DNA of 64,000 bases from an uncultured Acidobacteriota bacterium (GCA_963822445.1 CAWGHO010000003.1:1408001-1472000); one strand, 5' to 3'; shown: positions 47,104 through 58,460, counted from the stretch's first letter. The notes: a model not told the origin generated them from the sequence alone. Made by a program: numbers and translations.

Positions 47104-49130
47104 ATGATTCGCCAAGCCGCTCTGCTCCTCCTCGCCGCCCTGCCAGTGTTCGCTGACGAAGGCATGTGGATGCCGCAGCAGGTCCCCCAGCTGGCGGCCG
47201 GCCTGAAAAAGCTCGGGCTGCAGATCGATCCAAACCGTCTCTCCGAGCTGACCGGCGACCCTATGGGCGCCGTGATCCAGATCCCCGGCTGCACAGCCGC
47301 TTTCGTCTCGACGGACGGCCTGATCGCCACGAATCACCACTGCGCGTTCGGCTCGATCCAGCACAACTCGACCGAGGAGCGGGATCTGATCGCGAACGGC
47401 TTCCTTGCTCGCACGCGCGACGCGGAGTTGCCGGCCGCGCCCGGAACAAAGGTGTGGGTCACGACCGGAATCGAGGACGTGACCAGGCGGATGCTGAAGG
47501 ACGTCGATGCCGCGGCGGACGACGTCCAGCGGGCGAAGCTGCTCGATCGCCGCGAGAAAGAGCTCGTTGCCGAATGCGAGAAAGCGGGCGGCGTCCGCTG
47601 TCGCGTGTCGTCGATCTTCGAAGGCTCGCAGTACCTGCGGATGATCCAGTCCGAGATCACCGAGGTGAAGCTCGTTTACGCGCCGGCGAACAGCATCGGC
47701 GACTTCGGCGGCGAGATCGACAACTTCGAGTGGCCGCGGCACACCGGCGACTTCGCGTTCCTCCGCGCGTACGTGAACGGCAAGCCCTATCAGCCGAAAC
47801 AGTGGCTGAAGTTCGCGACGACGGACATGGACGAAGGCGATCTGGTGATCGTCGCCGGCTATCCGGGCGGACCTTCCGCTACCGCACGGCCGATGAAGTG
47901 CAGAACTTCGCGGAGTTCGTGTATCCGACGACGATCCGCTATCTCTCCGAGACCATCCGCCTGCTCGAAGAAGCAGGGAAGGAAAGCCGCGACGTGCAGA
48001 TCCGCAACGCGTCGCGCATCAACAGCCTCTCCAACTCGCTCAAGAACTACACGAGCGTCAGCGAGGGCTTCGCGAAGGACAGGATCGTCGACGTGCGCCG
48101 CTCCCGCGAGGGCGCGATCGCCGACGCGGTGAAAGCCGTGAATCGGATCAACGCGGACCGCGTCAGGAACCGCGAGGCGGATCTCGTGCTCGACTTCATG
48201 ACCGGCCGCGGCTCACCGATGCTCAGTCAGGCCATCACCATCGTGCGCATGGCCCGGGAGCGGACGAAGAAGGACATCGACCGCCTGCCGCGCTATCAGG
48301 AGCGGGACTGGCCGAACCTGAAGCAGTCGTCCGAGCGCGCGCAGCGGACCATGCACGCCGGCAGCGACAAAGCAGTGCTGAAGTACTTCATGGCCGAGGC
48401 GGCGAAGGTTGGGATTCCGGTTGCGGATGTGGAGAAGCTTTACGCGACCACGAAGATCGGCGACGCGGCGGAGCGCTTGAAGATGCTCGGCGAGTCGACC
48501 GAGCAGCTGCGGGCGCGTAACGACTCGATGCTCGCGTACGCGATGACCCTGGTGTCCCTCATCGAGGCGCGCGAAGAACGCGAGCTCGCGTCGACCGGTG
48601 CGATGGCGCGCGTGCGCCCGGCGTATTTCGAAGCGCTGCGCAAGGCCAGCGGCGGCACGCTGTATCCCGACGCGAACTCCACGCTTCGCCTCACCTTCGG
48701 CCGCGTCGAAGGCTACAAGCCGAAGGACGCGACCTGGTACACGCCGCAGACCACGCTGCGCGGGATCGTCGAGAAGGAGACCGGTAAGGCGCCGTTCGAC
48801 AGCCCGAAAACGCTGCTGGCCGCGGCGGCCGACGAAGCGAAGACGAAGCCGTATCTCGATCCCGAGGTGAAGGACGTGCCGGTGAACTTCCTCTCGTCGT
48901 GCGACACGACGGGCGGCAACTCCGGCTCGCCGACGCTGAACGCAAAAGGGGAGTTCGTCGGTCTGCTGTTCGACGGCAACTACGAGTCCATCGATGCCGA
49001 CTTTCTGTACAACCCAGCGGACACACGCTCGATCCACGTCGACGCGCAGTACATGCTCTGGGTGATGGACGCGGTCGATGGCGCGCATGAGCTGATGCGG
49101 GAGCTGGGTGCGACGCCGAAAGTGAAGTAG
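47104..49130 (+). CDS. S46 family dipeptidyl peptidase (frameshift at ~47866)
   Basis: 'ADEGMWMP', 'TNHHC', 'WPRHTGDF', 'YPDANSTLR', 'DTTGGNSGSP'. Confidence 0.9.
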
Positions 49131-49175
49131 CGGTTCGCGAGAGGTAATATTGCCCGAAGGAGGGCAATTATTATC

Positions 49176-50960
49176 ATGTCTCACAGTCGCCGGGTCCTCA
49201 TCGTTCTTGCCGCCACGCTCCTTTTCGTCGCACTGATCTCTTTCCCACGGCCCGCATCCGCTTTCACCCAGAGCGGCTTCGGATTCGGACTGGGCTTCGG
49301 TGACGTCGTGCCGATGGGCCACGAGTGGCTCACCCGTCTGGCCGCCATCGAGTTGATCGGCTACGCACCGGGCGGTGTGCCCGATTGCACGCCGAATGTG
49401 AGGTGGTGCGATCCGAACGACCCTCGGAAGACCTGGACGCAGGGGCTCGCGAGGAACCTCGATATCTCCTCGCCGGGCGCGCAGCGAGTCGTCGGCACCA
49501 TCAAGAGTGTGAGCTGGAACGATTCCCAGTACCGCTCGCGCTACAAGGCGGTGTACGACGTGATCGTCGGCCAGCGCTGGGTGGACATCGCCGGCTACAA
49601 CGCGCTGACGTCGCAGGGCTGCTTCAACTCCGTGGCCCAGGAAGCGGTGGACACGCAGTACGACCATGCCATGCGCCGCTGGGACGAGTCGGGAAGCGCA
49701 TCGGGAGTGACCGCATTCAAGGCATCGCGGGAACGGTTCATCGATTACTTCGTGAAGGCAGCCATCGCACCGCCGGCAGTCATCTCGGTTTACGACGGCG
49801 GCGCAATCGGATCAACGGCCGTCGAGGTCGACCGCAATTTCTTTCTCTTCGGGCGCGCGACGCATCTCTTCCAGGACTCGTTCAGCTCCGAGCACACGGT
49901 GCGTATCGCGTCGGACAACCACGTCAAAGTGCGGCAGGTCCTGAGCTACGCCTGTGCGCTGGGAACGGAGCAGCACACCCACTCCAAAACCGCCGTGATC
50001 AACTACACGAGCGGGGACGTGATCTGGAAGGCCGACTCGGCACTCGCCGGCGCGCTGGCTGCGAGCACCGTCGGCAGGACTGACAAGGATTGGAGCTCGT
50101 ACAAAGCGAGCAACATGAAGCCCATTGCGCTCGTCGCGACCGAGGCGTCGAAGGATTTGTGGGCTGCGATCATCCGGACGATGGGCGCGCCGGTCGCGGA
50201 CCGCGAGCGCATGGCGCGCGCGGAGGCGACCACGCTCGCCAACCACTGGCTCGGCTTCGAGGAGCGGGAGATGAGCACCTGGTACGACAACGCCGCGAAT
50301 CGCGGCCCGACCTACGTGGCTAATGCAGACGGCGTGAAGAAGTGCATGGCGGCGCTCAAGGTCGGAACGGACGATCCCGCGGTTCGGGCGAGACAGCTCG
50401 TCACCGACCGGCGCAAGTGTCTCTACAACGCGATCCCCTGGGCCGGCTACTCGGACCTCGCCGACACGTCCATGAACATCTGGTTCTCCTGGCAATGGCG
50501 CAACAAGGCGTACCTGGAGGAGCCGAAGCCCGCTTCGTGGCAACCGCCGAGATTGCCGGCGGACACCGGCACGCGCGTGCGCTTTAAGAGCGTCGACAAC
50601 GGTCAATACCTCGGCGGGAAGATCGGCCCCGAGGAATGGGTGTACTGCCGGGCGAGCGATCCTCCGGTCGACTTCACCATGGTCGGGCCGAGGCACAACG
50701 CGACGTTCCGTGTGACGAACGCGCCGAGCCTCTTCCTCAGCTACACCGCGGTGACTGGTGCGATGAAGTTGCACAAGCACCCGGCGGCGATCATCGATCC
50801 GACGAACTACAGCATCGTTCCGGCGTCGGGCAACTGGGCGTTGCACCGGGTGGCCCGGCCGATTTACTGGATGTGGCTGAGCGGGGAGTCGCCGTACATC
50901 TCCTACAGCGGCGATCCCAAGAAACGGCACTCGCAGTGGGTGATCGAGGGATTGCGGTAG
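49176..50960 (+). CDS. Secreted protein with a putative Zn-phospholipase C/S1-P1-like domain and beta-rich C-terminus (hemolysin-like)
   Basis: Signal peptide; 'MGHEWLTR', 'QYDHAMR', 'HLFQDSFSSEH' metal-ligand pattern. Confidence 0.55.
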   Translation: MSHSRRVLIVLAATLLFVALISFPRPASAFTQSGFGFGLGFGDVVPMGHEWLTRLAAIELIGYAPGGVPDCTPNVRWCDPNDPRKTWTQGLARNLDISSPGAQRVVGTIKSVSWNDSQYRSRYKAVYDVIVGQRWVDIAGYNALTSQGCFNSVAQEAVDTQYDHAMRRWDESGSASGVTAFKASRERFIDYFVKAAIAPPAVISVYDGGAIGSTAVEVDRNFFLFGRATHLFQDSFSSEHTVRIASDNHVKVRQVLSYACALGTEQHTHSKTAVINYTSGDVIWKADSALAGALAASTVGRTDKDWSSYKASNMKPIALVATEASKDLWAAIIRTMGAPVADRERMARAEATTLANHWLGFEEREMSTWYDNAANRGPTYVANADGVKKCMAALKVGTDDPAVRARQLVTDRRKCLYNAIPWAGYSDLADTSMNIWFSWQWRNKAYLEEPKPASWQPPRLPADTGTRVRFKSVDNGQYLGGKIGPEEWVYCRASDPPVDFTMVGPRHNATFRVTNAPSLFLSYTAVTGAMKLHKHPAAIIDPTNYSIVPASGNWALHRVARPIYWMWLSGESPYISYSGDPKKRHSQWVIEGLR

Positions 50961-50964
50961 CGCG

Positions 50965-51543
50965 TCAAGAACCGAATGGTCCGGTCGCATCGACTTTCGT
51001 CACGTGCGGCCGGACCTTTTCGTCCCAGTACTTCTGGCAGATGGGGACGTAATACACGCGCATGTTCTCGCCGGACGCGCTCCAGAAGTGGACCAGCCGC
51101 GGATTGCGCAGGAGCGTGTCGGTGAAGTAGTCGAGCGTGTCCTGCGAGAACCGGATACGTTCGGTGTCGCCGAGCTCCATCGCGTTCCGATGGAGATAGA
51201 CGGTCTGTTCGAACTGCGCGAAGAGGTACTGGGCCATCGCATCCTCGCGCAGCAGTGCCTCGGCACGCTGGTCGGGTGAGAATCCTGCCGTCGCCCGCTT
51301 GACCCGCTCCACGGCCGTTGGATACCGCTCGGGCGAGCAAACGAGGTGGCTGATCTCGATCGTCTCCATCCGCTTGGCGCTGATCTCGTGGTAGGTCGCG
51401 TAGGTCTCGTTGATCAGTGCCGTGCCTTCGCTGTCGGCATGCTGTTGGTTGGCGATGTGGATCGAATAGAGGGAGAAGATGAGCGCGAGCACGCCGGTGA
51501 CTGCGCCGACGTCCATCCACCAACGGTTTTTCTCGCCTTCCAT
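50965..51543 (-). CDS. Hypothetical protein with N-terminal TM helix
   Basis: Protein-like composition, single TM. Confidence 0.6.
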   Translation of the reverse strand: MEGEKNRWWMDVGAVTGVLALIFSLYSIHIANQQHADSEGTALINETYATYHEISAKRMETIEISHLVCSPERYPTAVERVKRATAGFSPDQRAEALLREDAMAQYLFAQFEQTVYLHRNAMELGDTERIRFSQDTLDYFTDTLLRNPRLVHFWSASGENMRVYYVPICQKYWDEKVRPHVTKVDATGPFGS

Positions 51544-51551
51544 CCGTGTGG

Positions 51552-51755
51552 CTAAAAGTGTAACCGAAGCACCTCGATGAACCCGCCGCGCATGCGGAGG
51601 TCGACGGTCCGGTCGTAAGCGTCGCGGATCCAGACCCGGTTGCCGGGATCGGTGGAATCGATCGAGTCGACCGAGGCCATCAATTCTTCGGGGGAGGCGA
51701 TGACCGCGCATTCGCCGTCATCCGTTATGATCCGCAGCGGAAATTCCGGCGTCAT
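51552..51755 (-). CDS. Hypothetical protein (67 aa)
   Basis: Protein-like composition; divergent from yebC. Confidence 0.55.
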   Translation of the reverse strand: MTPEFPLRIITDDGECAVIASPEELMASVDSIDSTDPGNRVWIRDAYDRTVDLRMRGGFIEVLRLHF

Positions 51756-51782
51756 ACGCCCAACCTACCAAGGAGTTCTTCC

Positions 51783-52530
51783 ATGTCCGGCCACAGTAAA
51801 TGGAGCACGATCAAGCACAAGAAGGGTGCTGCCGACGCGAAGCGCGGCAAGGTCTTCACCCGCATCATCAAGGAAATGACAGTCGCCGCGCGAATGGGCG
51901 GCGGCGACCCGGAAGGCAATCCCCGCCTCCGCGCGGCCGTGGCCGAGGCCAAGGCCAGCAACATGCCGAAGGACAACATCGACCGCGCCATCAAGCGCGG
52001 CCCGGCGAGCTCGAGGGCGTGACGTACGAGGAACAGACGTACGAAGGGTACGGCCCGGGCGGCGTGGCCATCATCGTCGAGACGCTCACCGACAACGGGA
52101 ACCGCACCACTCCCGAGATCCGCCATATCTTCGAAAAAGCCGGCGGCAACCTCGGCACCCCCGGCTCGGTCAAGTTCCAGTTCGAGAAGAAGGGCTACTT
52201 CGCCATCGAGAAGAGCGCCGTCGGCGAGGACAAGCTGATGGAGATCGCCCTCGAAGCGGGCGCCGACGACCTGCAGACCGACGACAACGACGTGTACGAG
52301 ATCTACACCACGCCGGACACATTCGAGCCAGTGCGCCAGGCGCTCGAAGGGGCGAAGATCCCGACGGTGGAAGCGAAGCTGGGCCTGATCCCGTCGACGC
52401 TACGTCGCCGGTCGACGAGGCGAAGTCGAAGGCGGTCATGCGGCTGCTGGAGACGCTCGACGATCACGACGACGTGCAGAACGTGTATTCGAACTTCGAT
52501 GTGCCGTCGGAGATGATGGAGACGGCTTAG
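51783..52530 (+). CDS. yebC: YebC/PmpR family protein (frameshifts at ~52001 and ~52400)
   Basis: '[15 protein letters not shown]', 'YEGYGPGG', 'TDNGNRT', '[12 protein letters not shown]' spread over different frames. Confidence 0.9.
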
Positions 52531-52642
52531 CGGGCACGGCCCGCTGCGCAGCTTGCTGCGCCTTGCGGCACGGGATCTTGTAGCGTCGCGAATCGCGGCT
52601 TTCGGGCGGCGCAACGCGCCTGGCATCTCCGAGATCGCACAC

Positions 52643-52682
52643 AAAGAAAAATGGAGGGCGGCACGAGTGTGCCGTCCTCCAT
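52643..52682 (-). terminator. Intrinsic terminator for 52761..53528
   Basis: ATGGAGGACGGCAC-loop-GTGCCGCCCTCCAT followed by a T-rich tract on the minus strand. Confidence 0.75.
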
Positions 52683-52760
52683 CCAGCCTGCGCGAAAACC
52701 TTACCGACAGGCGACCCGCACGTGCATTAGCACAGCAACGGGCGCTGCCGGCCGTGCCGG

Positions 52761-53528
52761 CTACCTTCCGTCCTTGTCCGCGTCGCCGGGTATGGCCCGC
52801 TCGACGCCGTGCCATGCATCCCGGGTGGCGTTCTTCGCCTTGTCCCAGGTCAGGCGGGATGAGCCCTTGAAGCGATCCCAGTCGCGGGAGAGATCGTTCT
52901 CGAGCTTGTCGTCCCAACCACGGTCGGCGTAGCGGTTCCGCGAGAACGTTCCGTACCGGTAGGCCGGTGCGTAGTCGCGGTCGTAGTCGAACGACTTGTC
53001 GAAGTAGTTGCTCTTCGGGTAGTGCGTGCGGAACTGCTCGTCGGTCTTCTTGTAGGTGTTGAAGGTGCGGTCGGTGCGGTCCCAGGAGTCGCGCACTGCG
53101 TCCTTCGCCTTGTCCCAGGCCAGGGCCGACTTGCCCTTCACCTTGTCCCAGCCGCGCTCGAGATCGCTCTCCAGACTGGTGTCCCAGGTGCGATCGCGAT
53201 GCTGTGCGCGCGACTCCCAGCCGTAACGGTACGCCGGCTCGTAGTCGTCGAACGTGCGTGACTTGTCGAAGTACGGCCGTGCTTTGTACTCGTTCTTCCA
53301 GTATTCGGTCTCGCCGGTCGGATCGACCCGCTCGCCGACTTCGTGTCCCGCGGCCCCACCGGCAACCGCGCCGATCGCTCCGCCGATGAGTGCGCCAATG
53401 GGTCCGAACGGTGCTCCCAGAGCCGCGCCCAATGCCGCGCCGCCAGCTCCGCCAACGCCGGTGCCGACAGGATGCGAGCCGGGCTCGCCCGTGATGGGAT
53501 CGCGATTCATGTCCCGTTGTTCAGCCAT
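52761..53528 (-). CDS. Glycine-zipper protein with two internal repeats (stress-protein-like)
   Basis: GxxxG zipper; duplicated 'PAYRYG...W...LExDL...W...KGxSxLxWDKAKxAxRDxW'. Confidence 0.75.
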   Translation of the reverse strand: MAEQRDMNRDPITGEPGSHPVGTGVGGAGGAALGAALGAPFGPIGALIGGAIGAVAGGAAGHEVGERVDPTGETEYWKNEYKARPYFDKSRTFDDYEPAYRYGWESRAQHRDRTWDTSLESDLERGWDKVKGKSALAWDKAKDAVRDSWDRTDRTFNTYKKTDEQFRTHYPKSNYFDKSFDYDRDYAPAYRYGTFSRNRYADRGWDDKLENDLSRDWDRFKGSSRLTWDKAKNATRDAWHGVERAIPGDADKDGR

Positions 53529-53609
53529 ATGTTTTTTCTCCTTCGGGCTCAAAGAAGTGCCCACGGTTTACAGGAGCACGACCGATGCCGTTTCGCGTTG
53601 TGAAGCGCG

Positions 53610-54761
53610 TCACTTTTTGCGCGTCAGCAACACCGCAAAAACAGCGGCGAGCGCGAGCGCTGCACCCGTGAAAAACGCGGCGTGCCGCGATACATGTTCG
53701 TAAAGCAGACCGAACAACGCCGTTCCGAGGAGCACACACAGACCGTTGGCGAGGTAATAAATGCCGAAGCTTTTTCCGCGCACATCCGCAGGGACGAGAT
53801 CGGCAATCCAGGCGCGCTCCGCACCTTCGGCGAGCGTGAACGGAATCGCGTAAAGAACGAACAGCACGAAGAACGAGGTCAGCGATTGCGCAAAGGGGAA
53901 CGCGGCGTAAATGACGGCGTAAGACGTCCACCCCGCGACCAGGAGCCACCGCCGGTCGACGCGATCAGACAACGCACCGGCACGCGTGGAGAAGAGTGAC
54001 TTGATCACGTGATGCGACGCCCACAGCAGAGGCAGCATCGCCGTGGTCACTCCTGCTGCATGAGCCTGAAGCAGCAAGAACGCGTCGCTCGAGTTCGAGA
54101 GGGAGAAAAGCGCGACGGCGGTGATCGCGCCGCGAAAAGAAGCGGGGAGCGCCGGTCCACCGATGACTTTCGAGGGTTCTTTCGGTTTCGAAGTGCGCGG
54201 CACTTCGCGGAGGAAGAACGCCAGCATGGCCGCGCCGATCGCGCCGGGAATGACCGCGAAGAGAATGGTCTGCTTGAGCGAGAAGCCGAGGACCTGCAAA
54301 AGCAACAACGCCAGCAGGGGACCGATGATCGCGCCGGTGTGATCGAGCGCGCGATGAAAGCCGAACGCGCGTCCGCGCTGATCGTGCGGGGTGACGTCGG
54401 AGATCAACGCGTCCCGCGGCGCCGATCGAATGCCTTTGCCGGTGCGATCGAGCAGCCGAGCGAAGAGGACGAGCGGCCACACGGTCGCCGCCGCAATGAG
54501 CGCGCGCGACGCCGCCGCGAGACCGTAGCCGCTGACAATGAAAGGTTTCCGCCGCGGCATGCGATCGGACCAGGCCCCCGCGAAGTATTTGAGGATGGAG
54601 GAGAGGCCGTCAGCCGCACCCTCGATCAACCCGAGCACCGCCGGGCTCGCCCCGAGCGTCGCCGTGAGGAAGATCGGCAGGAGGGGATAGATCATCTCGC
54701 TCGCCGAGTCGTTCAGCAGCGCGGCGAGGCCGAGGAGGATGACCTGCGGCTTGAGCTTCAC
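53610..54761 (-). CDS. MFS transporter
   Basis: 'NDSASEMIYPLLP', 'GKGIRSAPRDALI', 'GRAFGFHRALD'. Confidence 0.9.
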   Translation of the reverse strand: MKLKPQVILLGLAALLNDSASEMIYPLLPIFLTATLGASPAVLGLIEGAADGLSSILKYFAGAWSDRMPRRKPFIVSGYGLAAASRALIAAATVWPLVLFARLLDRTGKGIRSAPRDALISDVTPHDQRGRAFGFHRALDHTGAIIGPLLALLLLQVLGFSLKQTILFAVIPGAIGAAMLAFFLREVPRTSKPKEPSKVIGGPALPASFRGAITAVALFSLSNSSDAFLLLQAHAAGVTTAMLPLLWASHHVIKSLFSTRAGALSDRVDRRWLLVAGWTSYAVIYAAFPFAQSLTSFFVLFVLYAIPFTLAEGAERAWIADLVPADVRGKSFGIYYLANGLCVLLGTALFGLLYEHVSRHAAFFTGAALALAAVFAVLLTRKK

Positions 54762-54787
54762 GCGGGGAATGGTAAGGGGGAACGACG

Positions 54788-54911
54788 AGGGGGCCTCCGG
54801 CGGGCCGGCCACGGGCCGGCAGGCGCTGGTTGTGCCTTCTGCCGAACTCGCGGTAGCTAGCGCGAATCGCGTTCACGCCAACATCAGCGCTGCCGGCCGT
54901 GGCCGCCCGCC
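54788..54911. repeat. REP-like inverted repeat whose right arm is interrupted by the IS110 (arm resumes at 56452-56462)
   Basis: Left arm AGGGGGCCTCCGGCGGGCCGGCCACGGGCCGGCAGGCGCTG; right arm CAGCGCTGCCGGCCGTGGCCGCCCGCC|GGAGGCCCCCT. Confidence 0.8.
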
Positions 54912-54989
54912 TATAGCTTGTCCGGCCGTCTCTCCGCTTCTCCCTCAGCCCTCAGAGAAGTACCCGTTGGGTGGCAATCGGGAGAATCG

Positions 54990-55165
54990 GATTCAGGCGG
55001 CGCGATACTGAGAAGAAGGGTTCGTCCCGCTACGAATTCCGCCCGTGTTCGGATCGACGAATCCCTCCGGACTTTCGAGCGGGACGAAGTGCTTTGGCCC
55101 GAAACGCATTCTCAGATGCTGTCGGAGCACGACTCGACTATAGGCCTTGCGCGCGGCCAAAGCCA
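54990..55165 (+). ncRNA. Putative IS110 bridge RNA (5' end uncertain)
   Basis: Two stem-enclosed internal loops (55021-55088, 55091-55163) carrying segments that match target and donor on both sides of the core. Confidence 0.75.
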
Positions 55166-55182
55166 ACCGAAGGGAGGGTGTG

Positions 55183-56427
55183 ATGAGCGAGTTCGAGTTT
55201 GGGGCGTTGGTGGGGCTGGATTGGGGTGACACATCGCACGAGGTGGCTCTTTGGGACGAGCAGCAGCAGACGTGCACGAACGAGCGCATCGAGCACACGC
55301 CTGCGGCTCTGCGCGCATGGATCGAAGCGCTGCAGGCGCGCTTCGGCGGGGCACCGATCGCCGTGGCCATCGAGCAGTCCCGCGGCGCGGTCTTCGACGC
55401 GCTCAGCGGCTATCCGTTCGTCACGTTGTATCCGATCAACCCACGCAGTGCAGCCCGGTATCGTGAGGCGTTTCATCCGAGCCTATCGAAAGACGATCCG
55501 ACCGACGCGGCGTCCTTGCTCGACCTGCTTCGTAAGCACCGCAACGAACTGCGCCCGTTCATCGCCGACGACGCTTCTACGCGTCTGCTGCGGCTTCTGA
55601 CCGAGGATCGGCGCGAGCTCGTCGATCAGAGGACGCAACACGTCCAACGCATGACCGATCGGCTCAAGACGTACTACCCGCAGGCGCTCCGGTGGGCCGG
55701 CGCGTTGATTACGGCGCAGGCCTGTGACTTCCTCGAACGCTGGCCGACGCTCGAGGCCATCCAAAGGGCTCGGCCGTCCGCGATACGGAGGTTCTATGCG
55801 GGTCATCATCACGCGGCCGCGTGGATCGACCAGAAGCTCGCCGAGATCCGTTCAGAGGTCGCGTTCCACGACGATCAGGTCACCACTGACGCTGCCGTGC
55901 TACTGATCGGAAGCGAGGTTGCGCAGATCCGGGCCCTCAACACGAGCATCGCCACGTACGACCAGAAGATCTCCGCGGCGTTCGCCGCCCACCAGGACGC
56001 GTCGATCTTCGCGAGCTTCCCTGGCGCCGGCCAACAGCTCGCGCCGCGGCTCGCCGCCGCCTTCGGGACCGATCGCAAGCGCTTCGGCAGCGCCGTCAAC
56101 GTCGCCACCCGAAGCGGCATCGCCCCGGTTCTCCGCCGGAGCGGCAAAACGGCGGTCGTGCACATGCGCTGGGCCTGTCCGAAGTTCCTGCGTCAGACGT
56201 TCCATGAGTACGCCCGCGTGTCGATCGGTCAGTCCGTATGGGCTCGAGCCTTCTACAAGCAGCAACGCCTGCGCGGACACAGCCACCACGAGGCTATCCG
56301 CACGCTCGCTTACCGCTGGATCCGCGTCCTTTACGCCTGCTGGAACAATCGCACCGTCTACGACGAAGCTCTCTATCTGCGGCAGCTAGCCACGCGAGGC
56401 TCAACCCTCGCCACAGCTGCTCCCTGA
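55183..56427 (+). CDS. IS110 family DEDD recombinase/transposase
   Basis: 'GLDWG', 'AIEQS', 'KDDPTDA' DEDD tetrad; conserved Ser in 'GIAPVLRRSG'. Confidence 0.95.
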   Translation: MSEFEFGALVGLDWGDTSHEVALWDEQQQTCTNERIEHTPAALRAWIEALQARFGGAPIAVAIEQSRGAVFDALSGYPFVTLYPINPRSAARYREAFHPSLSKDDPTDAASLLDLLRKHRNELRPFIADDASTRLLRLLTEDRRELVDQRTQHVQRMTDRLKTYYPQALRWAGALITAQACDFLERWPTLEAIQRARPSAIRRFYAGHHHAAAWIDQKLAEIRSEVAFHDDQVTTDAAVLLIGSEVAQIRALNTSIATYDQKISAAFAAHQDASIFASFPGAGQQLAPRLAAAFGTDRKRFGSAVNVATRSGIAPVLRRSGKTAVVHMRWACPKFLRQTFHEYARVSIGQSVWARAFYKQQRLRGHSHHEAIRTLAYRWIRVLYACWNNRTVYDEALYLRQLATRGSTLATAAP

Positions 56428-56474
56428 CTTGACAGGAAGGCTCAGATGTCCGGAGGCCCCCTGGTCGGTTCCCT

Positions 56475-56714
56475 TCAGCAACCGCCCACGCGAGACCAAA
56501 CCGACACGACACCATCCACATCGAGCCGCAGCGTGTCGCCGTCGACCCGATACGGCACGACGATCTCCGCTTCCGCCGGGAGGATGAACAGGCGGTCGCC
56601 ATCCTCCTCACACTGGAAGCGGCTGCGGCCGAGGATGAGAGTGTCGTCGCCGAACACGATCGTCTCGTCACCGTTGCGCCAGGTACCCGTCAAGTCTCTG
56701 CGCATGAAGTCCAT
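56475..56714 (-). CDS. Hypothetical small beta-rich protein
   Basis: 'LTGTW...YRVDGDTLRL' lipocalin-like pattern; start uncertain. Confidence 0.5.
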   Translation of the reverse strand: MDFMRRDLTGTWRNGDETIVFGDDTLILGRSRFQCEEDGDRLFILPAEAEIVVPYRVDGDTLRLDVDGVVSVWSRVGGC

Positions 56715-56798
56715 CTCGTCTGGATAGTGACGATCGAGCAGTTTTCGTTTCAAACGGTCCAAGTAGAATGCGCCCGCATTTCGAAAGGAGTCTCGCAA

Positions 56799-57683
<885 letters not shown>

Positions 57684-57684
<1 letters not shown>

Positions 57685-58460
57685 TGGAAAACGTTCGAAC
57701 AGAAAATCGCGACGGGGTCCTGATCGTCACCGTCGATCGCCCCAAGGTCCTCAACGCGCTCAACGCGCAAACCGTGAACGAGCTGCGCCAGGCATTCGAG
57801 GCCGCGCGCGAAGATGACGCGGTCCGCTGCGTGATCCTTACCGGCGGCGGAGAGAAAGCGTTCGTGGCCGGCGCGGACATCGGCGAGCTCTCGCAGATGA
57901 CGCCGATCACGGGCAAGGCCACCGCCGAGAAAGGGCAGCGTATCTTTCATTCGATCGAGCGTTTCCCGAAGCCGGTCATCGCGGCGATCAACGGCTTCGC
58001 GCTCGGCGGCGGCTGCGAGCTCGCCCTCGCCTGTCACATCCGCATCGCCTCGGAAAAAGCGCAGCTCGGCCTTCCCGAAGTCACGCTGGGGATCATTCCC
58101 GGTTACGGCGGCACGCAGCGCATGGCCCGGCTGCTCGGCAAAGGAAAAGCGCTCGAGCTGATCCTGACCGGCGACCGCATCGGTGCCGAGGAGGCGGAGC
58201 GGATCGGGCTGGTGAACAGAGTCGTTCCCGCCGATCAGCTCATGCCCGCGGCCGAGGAGCTGGCTCGCAGGATCATGACTCGCGGTCCGCTGGCGGTGCG
58301 TGCGGCGATCGAAGCGGTCATGAGCGGAAGCGAGATGCCGTTCGAAGAAGGGCAGTTCCTCGAGGCCACGCTGTTCGGCCTCCTGGCGTCGACGGACGAC
58401 ATGAAGGAAGGAATGAAGGCCTTCCTCGAAAAACGTCCCGCTGATTTCAAGAATCGGTGA
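57684..58460 (+). CDS. crt: Enoyl-CoA hydratase (crotonase)
   Basis: 'AFVAGADI', 'GFALGGGCELALAC', 'PEVTLGIIPGYGGTQR'. Confidence 0.92.

Larger units (their letters stand above)
54912..56451 (+). mobile_element. IS110 family insertion sequence (~1.54 kb), CC core, no terminal inverted repeats
   Basis: Removing 54912-56451 restores the flanking palindrome arm; CC at 54910-54911 and 56450-56451. Confidence 0.85.
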
